From the NCBI GenBank assembly GCA_002457195.1, contig NTJU01000010.1, positions 3,890 through 27,889 of the forward strand: DNA of 24,000 bases. Reading direction: 5' to 3'. Each line of letters begins with the position of its first letter. Position 1 is the stretch's first letter. The DNA is from Marine Group II euryarchaeote MED-G33. GTDB lineage: Archaea > Thermoplasmatota > Poseidoniia > Poseidoniales > Thalassarchaeaceae. The position numbers and the translations under genes were made by a program. Shown piece by piece: positions 1 through 9,253 of the stretch. Below the pieces are notes generated by a model that was not told where the DNA came from, made no database searches, and was given only the letters and a program-made list of their open reading frames with translations.

Positions 1-1
1 G

Positions 2-832
2 ACGGCATATACCTTCTTTGCCATCCTATCCGCCCTATTTGGATATGGCATATTCCGAATCCTCACCGGAGAGGAAAACCCAGCCCACACAACTCGGTTG
101 GGAAACGTTAGGGCAACCCCCGTCGAAGTTCCTGAACCCCGCCCCAATCGATTTGCTTTGGAGGAAGACATGGAGCGTTTGCCGACAATGACAATCGAAA
201 CCACCCTCGAGGAACCACACAGCGACGCCTCAATGGAAATCGATCAAGATGAATCTCCAATCGAAGCAGAACTGGCAGAGGAGGAACCACCATTGTCTGA
301 AGACATACTGGATTCGTCAGAAGCACTCCTTGCTGAAATCGGCGCTGAATGGGATACTAACCCCAGGGCCCAACCTGGCCAAACCCCCCTCACCGTCGAA
401 ACGGGAGAGGAAGTATCCAACCCCGACCTATCTGATTTCCATGATCGCCTTGAACGAGAAGGCGCTAAATCTGGGCAAGTCCAAGTCAGCCTGATTTGGG
501 ACAATAAAAACGATTTGGATTTGAGCGTAGTTTGTCCCTCAGGTGAACGAATCTCATTCGATAACAAATTATCAGCATGCGGCGGTCAGTTGGATGTCGA
601 CATGAACGAATTGCCCACCAGTGAGCAACCGGTCGAGAATATTTTCTGGGCAGCAGGGAAAGCGCCCACTGGCGAATACAAGGTTTTGATTGAGCATTTC
701 GAGCAGCATGACGAAGAAGACCTCACACCTTACCGCGTCCTTGTGGATGATGGAAATGGCCCCAAAGAGTATCGAGGAGAGATCCTCAATGATGAACCGC
801 CCCGATTGGTGTGCAAGTTCACAGTCGAATAG
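2..832 (+). CDS. 5'-truncated membrane-anchored protein with an acidic linker and a C-terminal YfaP/DUF2135-like beta-sandwich domain
   Basis: The frame is open from the window edge, with no stop before the ORF track's TTG at 98. The extra residues read TAYTFFAILSALFGYGIFRIL, a TM-like helix, so the true start probably lies upstream of the window. Stop is TAG 830-832. An acidic low-complexity linker precedes a conserved C-terminal domain (473-829). Confidence 0.65.
   Translation, partial: TAYTFFAILSALFGYGIFRILTGEENPAHTTRLGNVRATPVEVPEPRPNRFALEEDMERLPTMTIETTLEEPHSDASMEIDQDESPIEAELAEEEPPLSEDILDSSEALLAEIGAEWDTNPRAQPGQTPLTVETGEEVSNPDLSDFHDRLEREGAKSGQVQVSLIWDNKNDLDLSVVCPSGERISFDNKLSACGGQLDVDMNELPTSEQPVENIFWAAGKAPTGEYKVLIEHFEQHDEEDLTPYRVLVDDGNGPKEYRGEILNDEPPRLVCKFTVE
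473..829 (+). other. YfaP/DUF2135-like domain, copy A
   Basis: GQVQVSLIWDNKNDLDLSVVCPSGERISFDNKLSACGGQLDVDMN..PVENIFW..APTGEYKVLIEHF. The same motif order (L-x-WDN-x-NDLDL, P-S/G-GE, GG-x-LD-x-x-MN, ENI/V-x-W, P-x-G-x-Y-x-V) recurs at 3011-3376 and 4070-4435. Confidence 0.6.
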
Positions 833-843
833 GAGAGAATCAA

Positions 844-1281
844 ATGCGCCTCTCCAGAAAATCTCGCAAATTTCAACGCCGCACCAACCGAGCCAGAACC
901 ATCGAGTCCTTGCAAACGATTGCAAACGAAGTCCAAGTTCAATACGATAGCCGAGAGATTACCCACAATGAGGCGATTGCCCTGGGAAATCAAATCCAAA
1001 TTAGGGCAGAATCCATCGACAACAGCCAAATCGTTTACGCGATCTCAGATCGAGATACATATCGCAGACTGATTGAGGTATACCTCGACGATGGGATTCT
1101 AACCAGAACTGAACAAATTCTACTGTGGGACGAGCGAAGAAAGTTGGGAATCAGCGAAACCTCTCACGATGCATTGCTAGCATCATTGGTTGCACGATAC
1201 CAAAAACAGGGCCGCGCCATCCACATCCAATCATTACCAACCCCTTCGAGGGATGAAGAAGAAGATCCAACAGGAGAGTGA
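844..1281 (+). CDS. small basic/helical protein of unknown function, possibly TerB-like
   Basis: ATG 844 lies 6 nt after GGAGAG (832-837) and 12 nt after the upstream stop. Its stop, TGA 1279-1281, lies 4 nt before the next ATG. The N-terminus is basic (MRLSRKSRKFQRRTNRAR). The segment YRRLIEVYLDDGILTRTEQILLWDERRKLGIS weakly resembles the TerB-type D-G-x-h-x3-E-x3-L...LG-h-S helix pair. Confidence 0.55.
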   Translation: MRLSRKSRKFQRRTNRARTIESLQTIANEVQVQYDSREITHNEAIALGNQIQIRAESIDNSQIVYAISDRDTYRRLIEVYLDDGILTRTEQILLWDERRKLGISETSHDALLASLVARYQKQGRAIHIQSLPTPSRDEEEDPTGE

Positions 1282-1285
1282 CTCA

Positions 1286-4200
1286 ATGGACACCTATGTT
1301 GGATATGCGATTGTCTCGTCCATCGTATTGGTCATGGTATGGCAAGCGATTTCACACCTCAATCAAGGCCGAAGAAAAACCGAATCATTACTGGGCACAT
1401 TGAAAATGGAAGATATCGAAATCGAAGACACACTCCCGCCATCGCGTACATCTCAACACCAATCTTTGGTCGGCCCTAGAATCGAATATTCGCCTGATAT
1501 GACTCCCTTTCCCACAGATTCGAAAGCCCCCCATTCTGATCCACGCATCCGTATGAAGCAAGAAATCACCGAGTTACAGGGAACCAACATTGAACGATAT
1601 TCAGTACTTGAGAGATCAACAGAAAAAATGGCCGAATGTAAAGGCATCATCGAATTGATTCGGGGCCTAAGTGAAGAATACAATATTGACGTCAACCAGG
1701 AACTGATTGAAGCACCTCTTGAGGGCGCAACCCTAGTCGAACTGGAATTACGACAAGCCGCCCTATTGGAATTATATGACCGAATGTACCAACTGACTTT
1801 CGAAGACACCATCCAAACGATTCGAAAGAGGGAACTTGACTACCAAGAGCACCAAGAAAAATCTGCCAAAGAAAAAATTGATGCCGAAACTCAAGGATTA
1901 TCAACACAATTGGAACAACTGAGGCGCGAAGAAGAGCTGTATCGGGAAATTCGTTCTGCACAAACAGTTGATTATCTGGAAAGTTTGGATTTCTCTGAGT
2001 TGGATGAAGAAGGATCCACTCGCCTCAAAGCGCATTACGAATTTTACCACTCCCGCTTGAGTGAAAAGGCCCGCATCGAATTTGAGGCAGAACTGTATCG
2101 CCACTTTACTGATATGATTCATGATAGTGAAAGCCAAGAAGAATTACAAAACATGGTGTTCGAAGATTTACCAGTCGCTCAGTTGACCGAATTAGATGAA
2201 CGCAGAAACAAACGCATTATTGCACTAGATGCGAAAGATCAGAAGGACAAAGAAGATGCTAGAGCCGAAGAGATTCGCTTGGGAATAGAATCTGCCAAAT
2301 CTTCATCCGAACTTGACCGAATTCGAATCTCAGGCGTAAATCCAACGCAAGATGAAGAGTTACGGGAACTCTTTGCTCGAACCAGAGAAAATCTTGTTTG
2401 CGATGAACTGAATGCTAAAATTTTGAATTGTGAATATGTAATTGAATTAGACTCACTCAAAATTCATGGAGTCACGGAAGAACAATCAGAGCTTTTGACA
2501 GAGATCAAAATCAACAGACGCTCCGAATTGGTAGAACTTGCACGCCAAAGGAAATTCACTGAGCAATACACCAGATACCTGGATTCAATCCCTCGAATAG
2601 AGGATATAGAGGGCCTATTAGAGGTCGACATTGTCAACGTCACCGAAATCCAGCAACAAGAACTCGAAAACCTCCGTCTTACTCGTTTAGATTTTCTTGA
2701 AGAAATCGAACGCCAAAGAATCGAACAAGAACAAGCCGCTCAATATCAAACCCTTCGGGGCTCTCTTGAAACAGCCAGAACATCTGACGAAATCGATGCG
2801 ATCGAAATCAAAGGCGTTAATGAAGAACAAGAAGAACGCCTCATCGAAATCAAGGAAGAGATAAGGGAAATTCTCGTCGAAGATGAGTTGGTCACAAAAC
2901 ACGTTGAAAAAGCAGAAAAGAAATCGAAAAAGTCACCACTCCCAGACGATTTTGATTTTGAACCCGAATCAGCATTCCGAACCCGAATCAAGACATTGGA
3001 TGCTGGCGACGGCAATTTGCGTTTCAGTTTGTTATGGGACAACATGAATGATCTGGACCTCATTGTACGAACTCCTTCTGGAGAAATTATTCACAGAGGT
3101 AAGAAGAAATCATCCTGCGGAGGGATTCTAGATTTAGAGATGAATTCACAGCCCGAAATGAAGTCAGCATTGGAGAACATCGTTTGGCCACAAGGAACCA
3201 CACCACCCAAAGGCACCTACAATGTATTCGTTTGGCACAGAAAACGTCACCAAAGACTCCGCAAATCAGATCCAACAATTTTCACCCTAAGGGGTCGAGT
3301 TGGAGCAGATTATTACCAATACTCTGGAAAAATGAGCTTTGGTGACAAACTCAAATTAATTGCATCATTCGATGTACCCGATGCCGAGACTTTAGATCAA
3401 CGAATAAAATCTGAAACGGAACTTTATCGCCACCAACGTGCAGATGTAATGTCTGCACAAACCATCGAAGAGTTCCCTGAAATTGATGACGACATCTCAA
3501 CAGTACATCGTGTAATGCTCAACAGATTGATGGAAAAAAGGGAATCAGAACTTGAAGAGGCCAAAAGAAAGCAATATATTGCCGAACAAGAGGAACAATA
3601 CAATCGAATCATGATTGAAATTGATGCAGCCAGGGACCTTGATGAACTGTCTGCAATTCGCTATAATAACGTGTCAAGTGATGTGGTGAAATATATCGAG
3701 AAAGCGATTACAAAACGTCGGAAACTGATTGATGCTGGCTTGAAGAGAAAGGAGCAACAAGAAGCCAAGGAACGGTACGAAAAATATCGGAATATGATTA
3801 ACGAATCTCAAAACTTGACGACCCTCGCATCCATCATTTTCGAAGACGTTGATGATCGCGAAGCCAAATCACTCCAACAGTTGAGGATTGCACGTCGGAA
3901 AGTGATGCACAATAATATGAATAGTGCGGATATTGAGAAGGATAAGCAAACAAGATTACACTCGGCGTTAAACGATGCCTACAAACGCGGCGGCCTCCAA
4001 CCAATCGGTGACGACGAGTGGCGAAAAAGTGATTTTGACGAGCGCCTAGAAAACGAAAATGCAAGCACCGGAGATCTCCAAGTATCTCTAATGTGGGACA
4101 ATAAAAACGACTTCAATTTACTCGTCGTTTCACCCGGTGGCGAAATTGTACACCCCCGGAATAGGGAATCAAGTGATGGCGGAATCCTCGACATTGAGAT

Positions 4201-4438
4201 GAACGAAAAAGGAAAAACACGAACACCAATTGAAAACGTGTTTTGGCCCAAAAGTAGTACTCCCAAAGGCGCTTACTACGTCTATGTCCATTTCTACAAA
4301 GAGCATGAATTATTCAAGAAAACAAATCTCTCTGAATGTCGAATCCAAATTCAGAATAAAGGCGAAAGATCTGAATTCTCTGCACAAATGTCAGTCTCAA
4401 ATAAATTGCAATTCATTACTTTGGTACAGGTGGTATGA
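1286..4438 (+). CDS. giant membrane-anchored coiled-coil repeat protein carrying two YfaP/DUF2135-like domains
   Basis: ATG 1286 is preceded by GGAGAG (1273-1278). N-terminus MDTYVGYAIVSSIVLVMVWQAISHL is a TM helix followed by NQGRRK, so the positive-inside rule suggests a cytoplasmic bulk. About 900 aa are E/K/R/Q-rich helical sequence with recurring units. Two conserved beta-domain copies lie at 3011-3376 and 4070-4435. The track's start at 1190 would overlap the upstream gene by 92 nt and lacks an RBS. Confidence 0.8.
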   Translation: MDTYVGYAIVSSIVLVMVWQAISHLNQGRRKTESLLGTLKMEDIEIEDTLPPSRTSQHQSLVGPRIEYSPDMTPFPTDSKAPHSDPRIRMKQEITELQGTNIERYSVLERSTEKMAECKGIIELIRGLSEEYNIDVNQELIEAPLEGATLVELELRQAALLELYDRMYQLTFEDTIQTIRKRELDYQEHQEKSAKEKIDAETQGLSTQLEQLRREEELYREIRSAQTVDYLESLDFSELDEEGSTRLKAHYEFYHSRLSEKARIEFEAELYRHFTDMIHDSESQEELQNMVFEDLPVAQLTELDERRNKRIIALDAKDQKDKEDARAEEIRLGIESAKSSSELDRIRISGVNPTQDEELRELFARTRENLVCDELNAKILNCEYVIELDSLKIHGVTEEQSELLTEIKINRRSELVELARQRKFTEQYTRYLDSIPRIEDIEGLLEVDIVNVTEIQQQELENLRLTRLDFLEEIERQRIEQEQAAQYQTLRGSLETARTSDEIDAIEIKGVNEEQEERLIEIKEEIREILVEDELVTKHVEKAEKKSKKSPLPDDFDFEPESAFRTRIKTLDAGDGNLRFSLLWDNMNDLDLIVRTPSGEIIHRGKKKSSCGGILDLEMNSQPEMKSALENIVWPQGTTPPKGTYNVFVWHRKRHQRLRKSDPTIFTLRGRVGADYYQYSGKMSFGDKLKLIASFDVPDAETLDQRIKSETELYRHQRADVMSAQTIEEFPEIDDDISTVHRVMLNRLMEKRESELEEAKRKQYIAEQEEQYNRIMIEIDAARDLDELSAIRYNNVSSDVVKYIEKAITKRRKLIDAGLKRKEQQEAKERYEKYRNMINESQNLTTLASIIFEDVDDREAKSLQQLRIARRKVMHNNMNSADIEKDKQTRLHSALNDAYKRGGLQPIGDDEWRKSDFDERLENENASTGDLQVSLMWDNKNDFNLLVVSPGGEIVHPRNRESSDGGILDIEMNEKGKTRTPIENVFWPKSSTPKGAYYVYVHFYKEHELFKKTNLSECRIQIQNKGERSEFSAQMSVSNKLQFITLVQVV
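3011..3376 (+). other. YfaP/DUF2135-like domain, copy B
   Basis: GNLRFSLLWDNMNDLDLIVRTPSGEIIHRGKKKSSCGGILDLEMN..ALENIVWPQGTTPPKGTYNVFVWH, colinear with copies A and C. Confidence 0.6.
4070..4435 (+). other. YfaP/DUF2135-like domain, copy C
   Basis: GDLQVSLMWDNKNDFNLLVVSPGGEIVHPRNRESSDGGILDIEMN..PIENVFWPKSSTPKGAYYVYVHFY, colinear with copies A and B. It forms the C-terminus of the protein. Confidence 0.6.
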
Positions 4439-4482
4439 TTTTGGAAAATTACTCATCGATGCAGATGTTCATAGTCCGACTA

Positions 4483-4499
4483 CTACACCGTAGGTGTAG
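4483..4499 (+). terminator. short GC hairpin downstream of the coiled-coil gene (possible transcript end)
   Basis: CTACACC-GTA-GGTGTAG is a perfect 7-bp stem with a 3-nt loop, 45 nt after the stop at 4438. No clear oligo-T tract follows. Confidence 0.3.
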
Positions 4500-4534
4500 A
4501 AGTATAGACAGAAATACAAATTGGAGTGATTGTA

Positions 4535-7500
4535 ATGCGAAATAAAACCTTCACAGTTTTCGTAATTTTACTGTTGAGTACCCTCGCTCCTTTGTGCGTT
4601 AACACATCAGATCCCGCTCAAACCACCACAACCATATCCAGCACGGCTAGAGCAGCAAGTGCGGATATCAATATCACACAAATTGAGTGGATCGGACCAT
4701 CTTACTATTGCAACCCCTGTATAACGGACGTACTCGCCCCAGGTCCCCAAGAAGTTCGCATCACACTTGCAAATGACGGCCTCCTCAGCGGAATGGGCGC
4801 CCTCACCGTGTTCATTGACAGTGCTGATGGAATGGGTTATGTTACAATTGACTCCCAATCGGTCAACCTCTTACCTGGGGCCGTTGCTCAATACGTATTC
4901 AGTTGGACAGCCACACCAGGAATCAATCAACAAATCCGAGCCCATGCTCAAACGATTCCAGAAATCAATCCTTCCAACAACCTATTGGAGCAATTTTTCG
5001 ATGTAACTGCCCAGAATACAGGAGAGGTCTATTCAGACACCCTTCCTTCAGATGGGGCGCGACTATCCCTGGGCGAAGAGGTAGTTTCTGTCGGCGTTCG
5101 GAATACAGGGAACCTAGACACAGAGGCGACTCCGATAATCGTACTAACTCCCCTTGGTGGAGGAACTCCAGTATCGTTCACCGGATCAGCAATACCCCTT
5201 CCAGCAGGAAGTATCGCCTCCCCACCACCGGTTGAATTGGCTTCCCTCGTCATTAACGCGTCGTCCCTTTCGGGCGATTACACACTATCGGGTGATGTAT
5301 TCTTCAATTCAACAACTCCCCCTCTTTCAGACATCGTGAGCATCACCCCTCGCACAATCACATTTAGCCCATATCGAACCATTTTGTTGGCACCTAGTGA
5401 TCGAGCTGTTGAACCCGGTGGCTCCACAACTTTGACATTCATGGTTCAAAATGTCGGAGATGCCCCCGATCGATACAATTACACAATTACTGATGTCCAA
5501 GGATGGGCTGCTATTTCGGGCAATCCCTCTCAAACAGAAATTGTGAATGCATCATCATCGACAACCATTGTAATATCTGTTACAGTACCATTTGGAACCG
5601 ACCGATCTTTGTCCGATTTAATCACCGTAGAAATCGAAAGTGAAGGGGGGGAATACAATCTTTCCAATCACGCCGCAATCATGGCAGGAGATTTGCTATT
5701 GGGTGAACTTAACCGCACCACAGGCAGCTGGCTCGTGCCAATTATTCCCGGGACCGAAGAAACAATTCAGTACACTTTGCGAAACAACGGCACCTCACCA
5801 GCAATCTTCAATCTTGAAGCCGGATTCTCGCAAACTGCGCCAGGGTGGTCTGTTGAAATCCACCCATCGACCACACCATACATGACCGTCGGCGAAGAAA
5901 TCATCATCAACGCCGTAGTTCAACCTCCCGCACTTTCACTCCCATTCGATCCGACAACAAAACTTGCAGAAGGCAATCAATTGACTCTTTGGACTGCGAT
6001 AACTCCAGTAGGGGGTGGCCCAAATGTTCAGCAGACAACCCTTGAAATTCAACCGACGATGATGATTGAATTATTTGCCGAGCAAACTGAATTCTCTATT
6101 GACCCATCTGAACTTTTGATTGGACCAATCTCCAGATTCGTCGATATTGAAATGGAATTGCGACACAATTTGGTTTCAGGAATTGCAACTGCAGGGGGAG
6201 CCGACATCCAACTTACATCGACACCGATTGAATTCACATCATCTAGAACATCAAGCGGACCAAATGAGATACTGCGATGGAACAGCTCAGTTGCACCCAA
6301 TCAAACCACTATGGCGATGGGCGACTCGGAACCACTTGTGGCCACAATCCTAGGCCCTTCAGATATGCTACCACTCGCCGGCTCGCTCGTCATCGACGTT
6401 GTCGCCAACCTAACCTTGTTAGGTTCATCGGGTGGAATCGAAGCCCCCGAATCCAATATTAGCATCACACTCAGCATCCCTGAACTAACTCTGGCAGATG
6501 TGGAAATACCACCGCCAACAACCGTGACCCCTGAAATTATGACGTCGACCCCGATCATTGTTTCCAATACGGGCAACCACGAATCGAATCTCTCACTAAG
6601 TGTCGAAGGCCCAGAAGGTTGGATTACATCCATCACTCCAACCTCCATCACCGATCTCAATTCAATCGTGGACGCATGGCCTTCAGTCGGCGGCGATAAT
6701 GTGACCACAACACTCAGTGTTACAGCGCCCCAGAACACCCGCGCAGACACTCCGTTCGACGTCAACATCACCGTATCGGATGACATGGGAGAAATTCTGA
6801 CAACGACTTCGATCCCATTCCTCGTGGAAGAGGTAATCGGTGCATCACTATCCCCTGAATATGCAGTAGCGGTCATTCCTGTCAATGGAAACTCATCCAT
6901 CGCATTAGAGGCCAATAATACAGGCAATTCCTTGCAGACATTTACAATTGAAATTGAGGAAACTCTCGAAGACATCAATTTGACACTAATCTCAAGCCCC
7001 CAAATTGCAATCGAGCCAGGCGAGGTCAGTATCGTTCAAATTGAAGTCACTGCTGAACAATTTGCACGTGCCGATGAAAACCATAGTGCACAAGCCGTAA
7101 TGTATCACAACGGGGTAGAACTCGATCGAATCGATGTATATGTCGAAATGATTCCCAATCACCAAATTGAATTCGAACATGCCACTGAATATTCTGTTGT
7201 CCCCGGGATGTCTCTCAGCATCCCCGTCAATGTCACCAATGCAGGCAATCTCGAAGAGTTCATCAATTTCACAACAATTCCCCCGGAAGGATGGCAATCA
7301 TCAGTCACACCATTGAACATGACAATCGATGGTGAAGGCATCGAAATTTTACCTCTGATTGTCGATGTTACAATCCCACCAATGTCAACAGATGCAGGGT
7401 TAGAACCGGGCTCAATCCACAACTTGTTCATATTGGCAAACAATGTTACTGATTCGATTCAAGTGGGAATGTCCACAATTCAATTCAATGTTGAACCTGT

Positions 7501-9253
7501 GTTTGTTCTATCATCGGACGATTTCCCAGATATAGTGGAGCTGTTGCCGGGTGAACAAAGGACATTTGATATTGAAATTTCAAACGATGGGAACCAAGAT
7601 GTAATCCTCGATTTAGACTGCGAAGTAGACAATCCAAATCGATGGGACGTATCTGCTTGTGATGCCACAAACCTAACACTCGATAGTGGAGAAGTGCGCA
7701 CAGTATCCTTCAGCGTGCAAGGCATCGCATCAGATCATTACAATCTCGAACAATCCGACCTACGCCTGACATTTTCACCCCAGGACAATCATTCGGGCGA
7801 TGCCCTCCTTGCAACCGTTCTCCGAATCAGTCGAATACACATTGACGAACCAGTTGACCTCTCAGGTGGCGAATCAACACATGACATCGAAATCGATTGG
7901 ATGCATGTTCAGGGGGTCGGACAAACTGCCGACTCCAGCCCGATTGGATATGAGTTGGAGTTGGTAAACGAATCTCGTTACATCAACGAATCATTGTACC
8001 CCGGAGATCTAGCATGGGATCTCGAAATTGACTATGGCAATGGTTTCGTTCCACTCTTCGACAACGGCCCCTTCACACTAAACTCTGTAGCGCCACTGCA
8101 GCAGCAAACAATGACTATTCGGGCAAATCTCCCACCTTCAGTCAACATCCCTCCTGGTGATGGATATACTTTGAAATTCAACCTAACACATCCCACAGAA
8201 CTCACAACCACAGAACTCACACTCGATTTACGGGTCGATGCTTGGGCCGATCCAGCCATCATTTCGATTACAATTGATGGAGATTCAAGTATCGTGGAAT
8301 CAATGTCGGGAACATTGTACGCCAACATCCAAAATGCAGGCAATGCAGGAACTGCACTCGGCGTCGTGGCTACATTAGAGTGCACCACTGGAATCACAAT
8401 TGATGGTGAAGCAACACAACCTCTCATTGGGATGCAACCATTTGAAACACGTCAACTGGAATGGCAAATCCAGTCAAATGCATTGAATTGGTGGAGTTCG
8501 GATGAAGTGGTTCCGTGCACAGTCACAATAGAAGCCCCTGATATGGCTGGTGACGACGAATCAAACGACATCAAATCTCAGTCGATGACAATTGAATCAT
8601 GGTCGCTACCCTTGCTGGTGTTAATTCCAATCACATTCTCCTTGGTCACCGTTTCGAGTCGACTATTGCGCCGCGCATCTGAGGACGAACGCTCCCTCAT
8701 GTTGTGTGCATATTCAGGAACAGCCTTATTGGGCATCGCTACTCAATACAATCTTGGTTCATACGTCAATTTCTCACTCGCCGCTACCGCATTATTGTGG
8801 GTCGCTTTCATCACCTCACGAACATCAGCGTTCGAGATCCCTGCAATTCTTTCCGATCGGCAAAATATGCAGCGCGGCTCAGAATCAATCTTCGAAGACC
8901 ACGAACAAGAAATGGACCGAGTCCTCAAACAACTCGCTGCCAAATTGGCCTTTGCACCCTTGGGCTTCATCTTGGTCGCCATCATCATGCCAAATGACAT
9001 CTCATGGGCTTTAGCCAACATCGGCTCAATCATTCTCTATGTGGTATCAGGGGCACTCGTAGTCACCTACATGACACTCCGCACTCGAAACATTTGGCTC
9101 ACGATCTTTGACCAGTTAGCGGCCATGGAAATAGAGTCTCAAGAACTACTAGTCCAACTGGGCAACCCATCCGCAGATTTGCGGAGAATCACCATTGGGC
9201 AGAGATGGGGAGAGGCGCACGACGTAAGCGTGGAGGTAGATGCAGATGTCTGA
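4535..9253 (+). CDS. giant secreted, sequon-rich surface protein of tandem CARDB/NEW3-like beta-sandwich domains with a C-terminal polytopic membrane domain
   Basis: ATG 4535 lies 6 nt after GGAGTG (4523-4528). MRNKTFTVFVILLLSTLAPLCVNTS is a Sec-type signal peptide. There are at least eight V/L-x-N-x-G-N/D strand signatures (VRNTGNLD, VQNVGDAPD, LRNNGTSPA, VSNTGNHES, ANNTGNSLQ, VTNAGNLEE, ISNDGNQDV, IQNAGNAGT) plus P-E/G-GW strands (APGWSV, GPEGWIT, PPEGWQS). I counted roughly 30 N-x-S/T sequons by eye. Bases 8600-9100 encode about five hydrophobic helices (WSLPLLVLIPITFSLVTV, LMLCAYSGTALLGIA, FSLAATALLWVAFI, LAFAPLGFILVAIIM, IGSIILYVVSGALVVTYM). Confidence 0.85.
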   Translation: MRNKTFTVFVILLLSTLAPLCVNTSDPAQTTTTISSTARAASADINITQIEWIGPSYYCNPCITDVLAPGPQEVRITLANDGLLSGMGALTVFIDSADGMGYVTIDSQSVNLLPGAVAQYVFSWTATPGINQQIRAHAQTIPEINPSNNLLEQFFDVTAQNTGEVYSDTLPSDGARLSLGEEVVSVGVRNTGNLDTEATPIIVLTPLGGGTPVSFTGSAIPLPAGSIASPPPVELASLVINASSLSGDYTLSGDVFFNSTTPPLSDIVSITPRTITFSPYRTILLAPSDRAVEPGGSTTLTFMVQNVGDAPDRYNYTITDVQGWAAISGNPSQTEIVNASSSTTIVISVTVPFGTDRSLSDLITVEIESEGGEYNLSNHAAIMAGDLLLGELNRTTGSWLVPIIPGTEETIQYTLRNNGTSPAIFNLEAGFSQTAPGWSVEIHPSTTPYMTVGEEIIINAVVQPPALSLPFDPTTKLAEGNQLTLWTAITPVGGGPNVQQTTLEIQPTMMIELFAEQTEFSIDPSELLIGPISRFVDIEMELRHNLVSGIATAGGADIQLTSTPIEFTSSRTSSGPNEILRWNSSVAPNQTTMAMGDSEPLVATILGPSDMLPLAGSLVIDVVANLTLLGSSGGIEAPESNISITLSIPELTLADVEIPPPTTVTPEIMTSTPIIVSNTGNHESNLSLSVEGPEGWITSITPTSITDLNSIVDAWPSVGGDNVTTTLSVTAPQNTRADTPFDVNITVSDDMGEILTTTSIPFLVEEVIGASLSPEYAVAVIPVNGNSSIALEANNTGNSLQTFTIEIEETLEDINLTLISSPQIAIEPGEVSIVQIEVTAEQFARADENHSAQAVMYHNGVELDRIDVYVEMIPNHQIEFEHATEYSVVPGMSLSIPVNVTNAGNLEEFINFTTIPPEGWQSSVTPLNMTIDGEGIEILPLIVDVTIPPMSTDAGLEPGSIHNLFILANNVTDSIQVGMSTIQFNVEPVFVLSSDDFPDIVELLPGEQRTFDIEISNDGNQDVILDLDCEVDNPNRWDVSACDATNLTLDSGEVRTVSFSVQGIASDHYNLEQSDLRLTFSPQDNHSGDALLATVLRISRIHIDEPVDLSGGESTHDIEIDWMHVQGVGQTADSSPIGYELELVNESRYINESLYPGDLAWDLEIDYGNGFVPLFDNGPFTLNSVAPLQQQTMTIRANLPPSVNIPPGDGYTLKFNLTHPTELTTTELTLDLRVDAWADPAIISITIDGDSSIVESMSGTLYANIQNAGNAGTALGVVATLECTTGITIDGEATQPLIGMQPFETRQLEWQIQSNALNWWSSDEVVPCTVTIEAPDMAGDDESNDIKSQSMTIESWSLPLLVLIPITFSLVTVSSRLLRRASEDERSLMLCAYSGTALLGIATQYNLGSYVNFSLAATALLWVAFITSRTSAFEIPAILSDRQNMQRGSESIFEDHEQEMDRVLKQLAAKLAFAPLGFILVAIIMPNDISWALANIGSIILYVVSGALVVTYMTLRTRNIWLTIFDQLAAMEIESQELLVQLGNPSADLRRITIGQRWGEAHDVSVEVDADV

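Noticed and set aside
1190-1285. Upstream starts proposed by the ORF track (1190 here, and likewise 811, 4526, 10156 and 18159)
   Set aside because: Each would overlap the preceding gene or hairpin and lacks an RBS. Downstream ATGs at 1286, 844, 4535, 10189 and 18216 give sensible N-termini (a TM helix, signal peptide or class III leader), and four of them sit at proper spacing from GGAG-like motifs (18216 looks leaderless).
4230-4493. 87-aa + strand ORF spanning the end of the coiled-coil gene and the spacer
   Set aside because: It is out of frame with, and mostly overlaps, a strongly supported CDS. The non-overlapping part is only about 18 codons and contains the hairpin.
6301-6978. 225-aa ORF on the minus strand
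   Set aside because: It lies entirely antisense to the well-supported 1570-aa surface-protein gene. It has a Ser/Val/Thr-rich shadow-frame composition, no RBS and no recognisable motif.
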